Of a stretch of 64,000 bases of DNA, positions 58,697 to 64,000 are shown piece after piece. The notes under the pieces are model-generated. The model was not told where the DNA came from and did no database searches. It was given only the letters and a program-made list of their open reading frames with translations. The position numbers and the translations under genes are program-made. The stretch's first letter is position 1. Every line of letters begins with the position of its first letter. Source of the stretch: a virus (taxonomy: Duplodnaviria > Caudoviricetes); IMG/VR virus record IMGVR_UViG_3300021254_000021, positions 64,001-128,000 of that record. One strand, written 5' to 3'.

Positions 58697-59176
58697 ATGA
58701 GAAAAATAAAACGTAGTTTAGAGTCACGTGGTATTCGTCGTCGTTTTACTGAATCAGAAGAAAGTAATGTTATTTATACCGCAAAGAAAGCATGGTTTGA
58801 TTCAGAAGAGGATTCTTATGAAAAGGGTGTTATCGACAGCGGAGTATCTTGGGATATAAATTTAGACCTTTCTGCCAATTCATTGGAAGATCTGTTCAAG
58901 AAAGTACAGAAAAGTCTTTATATGAATGGTAAAGGCTATTCTTGGGGTGTTGAGCTTTCAGATATGAATGGTGAAACATGTTTTCTGGTAGAATATGAAG
59001 GTGATGAAGATAATGACTTAGCTTCTGATAGTCAAATTGAAGACTGGAAGAATGGTGACGAGAGGCTTTGGCTTGTTCGCGGTAGAGTTCGTGTTATGAA
59101 AGCTATTAAGCCTTCAAATGTTCCTGATGAAGAAATGAAAGCGTTTGCACGTGCAAACGGTCTTGACATCCTGTAA
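58697..59176 (+). CDS. Acidic protein with basic leader, probable late/virion protein
   Basis: TATCTA at 58632, AAGGAG RBS, MRKIKRSLES leader, own terminator. Confidence 0.65.
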   Translation: MRKIKRSLESRGIRRRFTESEESNVIYTAKKAWFDSEEDSYEKGVIDSGVSWDINLDLSANSLEDLFKKVQKSLYMNGKGYSWGVELSDMNGETCFLVEYEGDEDNDLASDSQIEDWKNGDERLWLVRGRVRVMKAIKPSNVPDEEMKAFARANGLDIL

Positions 59177-59197
59177 TAAAAAACTTCTTATAGAAAC

Positions 59198-59231
59198 AAA
59201 AAGCCTACTGAATTATTCAGTAGGCTTTTTT
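59198..59231 (+). terminator. Intrinsic (bidirectional-looking) terminator
   Basis: AAAAAGCCTACTGAA-tta-TTCAGTAGGCTTTTT. Confidence 0.85.
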
Positions 59232-59413
59232 ATTGTTGTTAGCTTTTGTGTTACGGTTGAGTGAGTTGGACACACTTAAAAGAAAATTGTCTAAGAGAAT
59301 CATTGAGTTAGACGAATCCATCCTAGGGGATGAAAAAAGGCTACCTTTTTGGTAGCCTTTCGCGTATATACCTCTTGGAAGTTGTTACTATTTATAGCGT
59401 AGGAGCAAATCAC

Positions 59414-59848
59414 ATGAAAGACCATCGAATCCTTTACCTTTCCATTTCACACTACAACACACCAAAAGACCCGACTATTTCTCGCAAAGTCCACTATCAT
59501 CCTGTCTCAGCCTCTACCCCAGTTTCTTTACGGTATGAGGTAAAAGAGCATAAGTATGTTGACTATAAGCCTGTCTTATTAGAGGTGTTTAAAATAGACC
59601 TTAATACTCTGACTATTACAGAGGTGTCTAAGGACACTATGACTCCGCCCACAGATAAACAACTTAGTTTCATAAAGGGTATTTGTGAGACTTTAGAGCG
59701 TCCGTATAATGAGCCTGAAACAAAAGTAGAGGCTTCCGCATGGTTAAATTACTATGTCCCCATATACCGTAAGAAGTGTGAGGAACAGGAATTAGAGTGG
59801 GAAGCTAATCATTCAGAGATTATGGATAACTGGGGAGACTGGCAATGA
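59414..59848 (+). CDS. Hypothetical protein with PPTxKQLxFI domain
   Basis: AGGAG RBS before ATG 59414; domain shared with the next ORF. Confidence 0.65.
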   Translation: MKDHRILYLSISHYNTPKDPTISRKVHYHPVSASTPVSLRYEVKEHKYVDYKPVLLEVFKIDLNTLTITEVSKDTMTPPTDKQLSFIKGICETLERPYNEPETKVEASAWLNYYVPIYRKKCEEQELEWEANHSEIMDNWGDWQ

Positions 59849-60207
59849 AACCTTATTATGAGTGTACCTATTGTGGAAAGAAGTTATATGAGGGTGATGA
59901 GGCATATAAGAATGAGTACAATGAACTTTATTGTAGCTTTGAATGCCTTAATCACTGTGAGAAAATAACAGTCAGTAACATTACCTGTATGGATAATAAG
60001 TGTTATTGGGAAGAAGAGGAAGGTGATAGTGTAGATCCTCCAACAGAGAAACAGCTTAATTTTATAAAGACTATTTGTGCATATATGCCGTGGTTGGGAC
60101 AACCTGAATTAAAGACTAAATCTGCGGCTTTTCACTGGCTACAAAAACATGTTCCTGAATATAAAGAGCAGATGATATTAGATCAGAAATTCATAGCAGG
60201 AACATAG
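59845..60207 (+). CDS. Zinc-finger + PPTxKQLxFI domain protein
   Basis: CTYCG...YCSFEC; PPTEKQLNFIK. Confidence 0.65.
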   Translation: MKPYYECTYCGKKLYEGDEAYKNEYNELYCSFECLNHCEKITVSNITCMDNKCYWEEEEGDSVDPPTEKQLNFIKTICAYMPWLGQPELKTKSAAFHWLQKHVPEYKEQMILDQKFIAGT

Positions 60208-60218
60208 TGGAGGAGATT

Positions 60219-60479
60219 ATGGCTTTTAATAAAGAAACACTAGAAAAATTCCCAGTCACTAGGATGAAGTTATTGCATAGAAACCTTATTGGTGTTTCTA
60301 AAGAATTGTATGAATTAAGTGAAGCATTAGACTCAGAGAATACATACACTAATGATTTGAAAGATATTCATAATTCCTTAGAGGCTATGTGTAGGAATGA
60401 TATAGAAGGAACTTTAAGAAGAATTAGTAATATCTGTTCTTTATTAAGCCTGTACACCCTTTCAGATAAGGAGAATTAG
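60219..60479 (+). CDS. Hypothetical helical protein
   Basis: GGAGGAG RBS before MAFNK. Confidence 0.55.
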   Translation: MAFNKETLEKFPVTRMKLLHRNLIGVSKELYELSEALDSENTYTNDLKDIHNSLEAMCRNDIEGTLRRISNICSLLSLYTLSDKEN

Positions 60480-60481
60480 TC

Positions 60482-60748
60482 ATGCCTTATTATTTCCCAG
60501 ATGACCTTAAAGAGTGCTACCGTTTAAGAGGTAAATTTAAAAGCCTTAGTAACGGTAAAATCACTTACCAAGAATACTTTGCCCCAGATGAAGAATCAAT
60601 GAAGGCTACTATAAATATGTGGCGACGGGAAGGGTGTTTTGAAGTAGCCATAGAGACTTTTCTTTGTAAGGATAAAAAGATTGTTTCTATGGTGGTTAAT
60701 GCAGAGGAAGTTAAAAAGAAAATTCTAAGTGATATTCTGGTTAGCTGA
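60482..60748 (+). CDS. Hypothetical protein
   Basis: AAGGAG RBS. Confidence 0.55.
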   Translation: MPYYFPDDLKECYRLRGKFKSLSNGKITYQEYFAPDEESMKATINMWRREGCFEVAIETFLCKDKKIVSMVVNAEEVKKKILSDILVS

Positions 60749-60764
60749 AAGGAGAAAAGGGTCA

Positions 60765-60980
60765 ATGGATGATACTCTATGGAAAGATGCCTTTAATGCC
60801 AAAACCGTTAAGATAATCTGGTTTTACTTTTATGACTCACGGTTTAAAGAGATTTGTCGGAGTAAGGAAATCTGTTTCACAGAGTATTTGTATAAACAGA
60901 GTTTAGAAAAGATAAAAAGACTGTATTCTCGATACGGAGATATAGAAGTACACACTTATGTATTGGAGAATAAACCATGA
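60765..60980 (+). CDS. Hypothetical protein
   Basis: AAGGAG upstream of MDDTLW. Confidence 0.5.
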   Translation: MDDTLWKDAFNAKTVKIIWFYFYDSRFKEICRSKEICFTEYLYKQSLEKIKRLYSRYGDIEVHTYVLENKP

Positions 60981-61354
60981 ATACAGAAAAGTTTGAAGAA
61001 ATATCTTGGATACCATTTAACTTATCTGTTAAAATTGCAGGTTGTTTGTCTCGCCTACGATACCTACCAAGAGAACTTGAGTGCAAACATCCTATTAAGG
61101 TGGTTAAATTCTTAAATTTCTTTGTAATTACATTCCTTATGAATGATAGCGGACATTATAGACAGGATTATACCATAGATCCAGTGTTATTAGATAGATG
61201 TGTATTCACTAAGAAAGCGGATGTAACCGAGTTTAACAGTCTTATGAATGAAGCACTTTTTTGGGAAGAAGCTAAGATGGATAAAATTAGAAAAAGTAAG
61301 GGATTAAAGGATGATAATGTTCCACACTTTACCATAGAGGATGACGACGAATGA
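60977..61354 (+). CDS. Hypothetical protein, paralog of 61351
   Basis: W....LS.K....L..L..LP.....PI.V......VITF...M.EAL shared. Confidence 0.6.
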   Translation: MNTEKFEEISWIPFNLSVKIAGCLSRLRYLPRELECKHPIKVVKFLNFFVITFLMNDSGHYRQDYTIDPVLLDRCVFTKKADVTEFNSLMNEALFWEEAKMDKIRKSKGLKDDNVPHFTIEDDDE

Positions 61355-61713
61355 GCATTGATAATATTGCAGACTATGGATATAATTGGCTGTCCAAAGA
61401 ATTGTCAGATAAGGTAAATCACATACTTGCTGTGTTATACCTGTTGCCAACCAGTAAGGCTTTTCATACCCCTATAATGGTAAAGCAAACAGAGTGTGGT
61501 AATTATGTTATTACATTTAAATTTACGTCAGAGGGTAACACATTTATAGAAGATGTGATGATAAGAATAGATGCTATAATAGACCTAGCTCGTTTTAAGC
61601 CTGATGCCGTAAACGAATACTTCTCTGTGATGAAAGAAGCATTGGATTATTCAGATATGCTTAGAAATAAGCATAAGTATTTAAAGGCGTTTGGTAAGGA
61701 GAATAAAAAATGA
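61351..61713 (+). CDS. Hypothetical protein, paralog of 60977
   Basis: Same shared pattern. Confidence 0.6.
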   Translation: MSIDNIADYGYNWLSKELSDKVNHILAVLYLLPTSKAFHTPIMVKQTECGNYVITFKFTSEGNTFIEDVMIRIDAIIDLARFKPDAVNEYFSVMKEALDYSDMLRNKHKYLKAFGKENKK

Positions 61714-61967
61714 ATAAAAGACAATATTTAAAACGTTTAAAGAAAGCGCTTTTGAAATACAGAAAACACAAAGGAAAAAAGTTTTATACTTTTAGAGGTG
61801 TGGATGAAAATGGAGTTTTTACTCTTTTGGGATTTACAGCAAAACCGAAGCAAAAATATTGTAAGGTTTATAATGAAGAATACATAACAGAGGTTAGACA
61901 CTATTCTGGTAAAAGAGCTAATACGATGTTTAGTGTCTTTAATGTTAAGTATGAAAGTCAGCTATAA
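61710..61967 (+). CDS. Basic hypothetical protein
   Basis: MNKRQYLKRLKK; AAGGAG RBS. Confidence 0.55.
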   Translation: MNKRQYLKRLKKALLKYRKHKGKKFYTFRGVDENGVFTLLGFTAKPKQKYCKVYNEEYITEVRHYSGKRANTMFSVFNVKYESQL

Positions 61968-61987
61968 GAGATATAGGAGATTCCGTC

Positions 61988-62434
61988 ATGCGAACCGACT
62001 TAAATATTTGTGGGGAAAATTACACCCAAACTATTTATGTTATTTGTTTACGGTCTGAACAATTAAAAGATGATCCTAATGGATGGTTGCACCACCACAC
62101 TTATACAGACTTAGAGAAAGCAAAAGCAGGTTTAAAGAAATTACTGAAAGACAATTCTTATAACTATTCCTATAAGATAAGAAAGTTTGTGATTAAAGGA
62201 ATAGACCTTATCACTGATGAAACATTCCCGCTTATAGCGAATAGAGATACTTGTGATTGTTTCCATTGCGGAAAGATGATTCAATCTGGGGATGAATTAG
62301 TCTTTGGTGGAGATTTGGGAGAGGTTTATTGCTCGCATGAATGTGTGTCTTTGAATAGAGACAATGAATATTGGACAGCCATAAATAATCCAGATGAGTA
62401 TTTGCCTTGGTTTCCAGAAAAAGAAGGAGATTAA
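61988..62434 (+). CDS. Hypothetical protein with C-terminal zinc finger
   Basis: CFHCGK...YCSHEC, same finger type as 59845. Confidence 0.6.
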   Translation: MRTDLNICGENYTQTIYVICLRSEQLKDDPNGWLHHHTYTDLEKAKAGLKKLLKDNSYNYSYKIRKFVIKGIDLITDETFPLIANRDTCDCFHCGKMIQSGDELVFGGDLGEVYCSHECVSLNRDNEYWTAINNPDEYLPWFPEKEGD

Positions 62435-62437
62435 ACA

Positions 62438-62710
62438 ATGGAAAACACAAAGCTGTATAAGGTAACGGTTGAAATTTCTTTTGGAGATTGTGAAGGACGC
62501 AGAGAACTGAAAAGAGAGACTAAAACACAAATCTTTGAGACATTAGATGATGCTATCCGCTTTTCTAAACGAGGTGGAATGGAAGGTTATAATTACGAGA
62601 TAATTAAAAAGCAGATATGGGAATATACAGTCAGTTCTGTTAGAGAGATGCAGGAAAAAGAAAGAGAGATTATCAGACAAGTGGTAGAGAAAGAGAAATA
62701 TTGGGAGTAG
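62438..62710 (+). CDS. Hypothetical protein
   Basis: AAGGAG RBS. Confidence 0.55.
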   Translation: MENTKLYKVTVEISFGDCEGRRELKRETKTQIFETLDDAIRFSKRGGMEGYNYEIIKKQIWEYTVSSVREMQEKEREIIRQVVEKEKYWE

Positions 62711-62713
62711 TCT

Positions 62714-62968
62714 ATGTTTGGTGAAGGATTAGTAATACCAAAAGAGCATACGCAAGAGAGCTATGAGGACTTTATTAAAACAGTAAGTAAAGCCTCTTTA
62801 GAGTACGACTATGAAACTCTTTATAATGCACTCTGGCCGCACATTAAAAATGTTTATAAAACAGCAACCATGTATGTGTTAGATGAGTGTATAGATGTAT
62901 TTAATTTAGCTTTTAAAAGCTGTATTCATGCCGCTAAGAGATGGAAATTTGATTTAGAGGAGAGTTAG
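62714..62968 (+). CDS. Hypothetical protein
   Basis: GGAG RBS. Confidence 0.55.
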   Translation: MFGEGLVIPKEHTQESYEDFIKTVSKASLEYDYETLYNALWPHIKNVYKTATMYVLDECIDVFNLAFKSCIHAAKRWKFDLEES

Positions 62969-62971
62969 ATT

Positions 62972-63493
62972 ATGTCAGCACTTAACCTTAGAGACTACAA
63001 CTTAGAATTAGAGTTAAGCATACCTGAATCCATACCATGTACTAAGAGAGATGTTTGGTTTCCAATAACCAATATAGACTTACCCACATTTGAGGTAACT
63101 AGGGATATAGTAGGCTTATTCCCTAACACATCTTTTGGCAGGGATTTAAGTAAAGGTGTTGAGGATGGGTATGAACCAAAGCCTTATGATTATTACTCTG
63201 TTCCGAGGGTTAATAAAAATGGAGTTTATAAAATCCATTGCTATATGTTTATTAAAACAGAGAATGATAAAGAAATAAAACAGTGTTTAGAGGATTGGTG
63301 TCAACGAATATATGATAATCTTTATGTTCCCTCTGTAATAAAGGGGTATTCTAAAGATAATGGCGAGCTTATGTTAGAAAAGATAAGGTGTACCAAGACT
63401 TTTATCAGTGGACTTAGAGAAGATTCTATGTGTGGAGAAAAGTATATAGACTTCACATTCATTTGTGATGAGATGATAGAAGATAAGGAATAG
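62972..63493 (+). CDS. Hypothetical protein, possible divergent gp19 tail-tube paralog
   Basis: NIDLP...LEDWCQRIY...C.KTF...IDFTFICD parallels 4990..5553. Confidence 0.45.
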   Translation: MSALNLRDYNLELELSIPESIPCTKRDVWFPITNIDLPTFEVTRDIVGLFPNTSFGRDLSKGVEDGYEPKPYDYYSVPRVNKNGVYKIHCYMFIKTENDKEIKQCLEDWCQRIYDNLYVPSVIKGYSKDNGELMLEKIRCTKTFISGLREDSMCGEKYIDFTFICDEMIEDKE

Positions 63494-63496
63494 ACT

Positions 63497-63694
63497 ATGT
63501 GGCACATCTTTTATAAAGACTTATATAATGACAATCCATTATGGCTGTTATATGATGATTTCATAGATGCTCCAATATTTTACACTAAGAAAGAAGCATT
63601 GAATTTCCTTGATCAGGATAAAGAAGAATTTGAAGGTTGTAAAATAAAAGTTTTAAGGGAGAAAGAGAATGAAGTGGAAGTACACAAAGAATAA
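63497..63694 (+). CDS. Hypothetical protein
   Basis: AAGGA RBS. Confidence 0.5.
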   Translation: MWHIFYKDLYNDNPLWLLYDDFIDAPIFYTKKEALNFLDQDKEEFEGCKIKVLREKENEVEVHKE

Positions 63695-63884
63695 TGAGAT
63701 TCCAGAACCATACACAATGTGTCTCTGCGATATGAAAGACCATTATGAGGTTTTGTGTTGGGAACAAAATAAAACTTATAGTAAGTGGTGTCTTAATACG
63801 CCTGATAATGAGTTCTATTATGAGCTGACAGACGTAATTCGTTGGATATATATTGATGAATTAGAAAAGACCCTAGCAAACTAA
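63669..63884 (+). CDS. DUF551-like small protein (MKW family)
   Basis: MKWKYTKNNEIPE...CLCD...VIRWIYI. Confidence 0.6.
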   Translation: MKWKYTKNNEIPEPYTMCLCDMKDHYEVLCWEQNKTYSKWCLNTPDNEFYYELTDVIRWIYIDELEKTLAN

Positions 63885-63894
63885 AGGAGAGCTT

Positions 63895-64000
63895 ATGCCA
63901 TCTTATTATTCTATAAATGAGCAATTAGAGAAAATAAAGAAAGAATCTGATTACAGGGCAAAGGTGGATATTGCTGTGGACACTCTTATCTTAGTTTACA
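63895..64000 (+). CDS. Hypothetical protein, 3'-truncated
   Basis: AAGGAG RBS + ATG; open to the window end. Confidence 0.5.
   Translation, partial: MPSYYSINEQLEKIKKESDYRAKVDIAVDTLILVY

Noticed and set aside
59330-59413. N-terminal extension of track ORF 59330..59848
   Set aside because: Covers the palindrome/CGTATATA regulatory region; the RBS supports ATG 59414.
2367-63767. Minus-strand and nested short ORFs in the track (e.g. 5794, 27196, 30096, 48368, 50505)
   Set aside because: They are shadows of well-supported + strand genes with no recognisable motifs; only tnpB 28632..29843 is credible on the - strand.
1-64000. Alternative genetic code (TAG/TGA recoding)
   Set aside because: Long genes are intact under the standard code, and TAA, TAG and TGA all end genes followed by new RBSs.

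Overview
AT-rich segment of a large contractile-tailed (myovirus-like) phage genome, read with the standard genetic code, with almost all genes on the + strand and strong GGAG(G) ribosome-binding sites (RBS). Positions 1-37.3 kb are a late/structural region. It holds two Hef-like zinc-ribbon/PD-(D/E)xK homing endonucleases, a gp19-like tail tube, a tape-measure-like protein with an NlpC/P60 domain, gp53/gp25/gp6-like baseplate genes, tail fibres and two paralogous membrane proteins. Positions 37.4-47.8 kb encode DNA metabolism: a 5'-3' exonuclease, an SF2 helicase with a LAGLIDADG intein, and a DnaB-like helicase. Positions 47.8-64 kb are an accessory region of small ORFs with several paralog families. 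Mobile DNA comprises a TnpA-less IS605/IS1341-type TnpB element in a GNAT-like gene, a 102-bp ends-only relative sitting in a stop codon, an IS607 element whose Fanzor-like TnpB frame overlaps most of tnpA, and probable IS200/605 and IscB omegaRNA remnants. The most notable unexplained structures are five copies of a conserved hairpin + CCAATTTTACAAAAAT + RBS element separating genes at 48-51 kb, a TATCTA late-promoter candidate with RBS-occluding hairpins, a second motif CGTATATA, and a ~490-bp multi-hairpin non-coding region at 28 kb. All functional calls come from motif recognition by eye; no searches were run.
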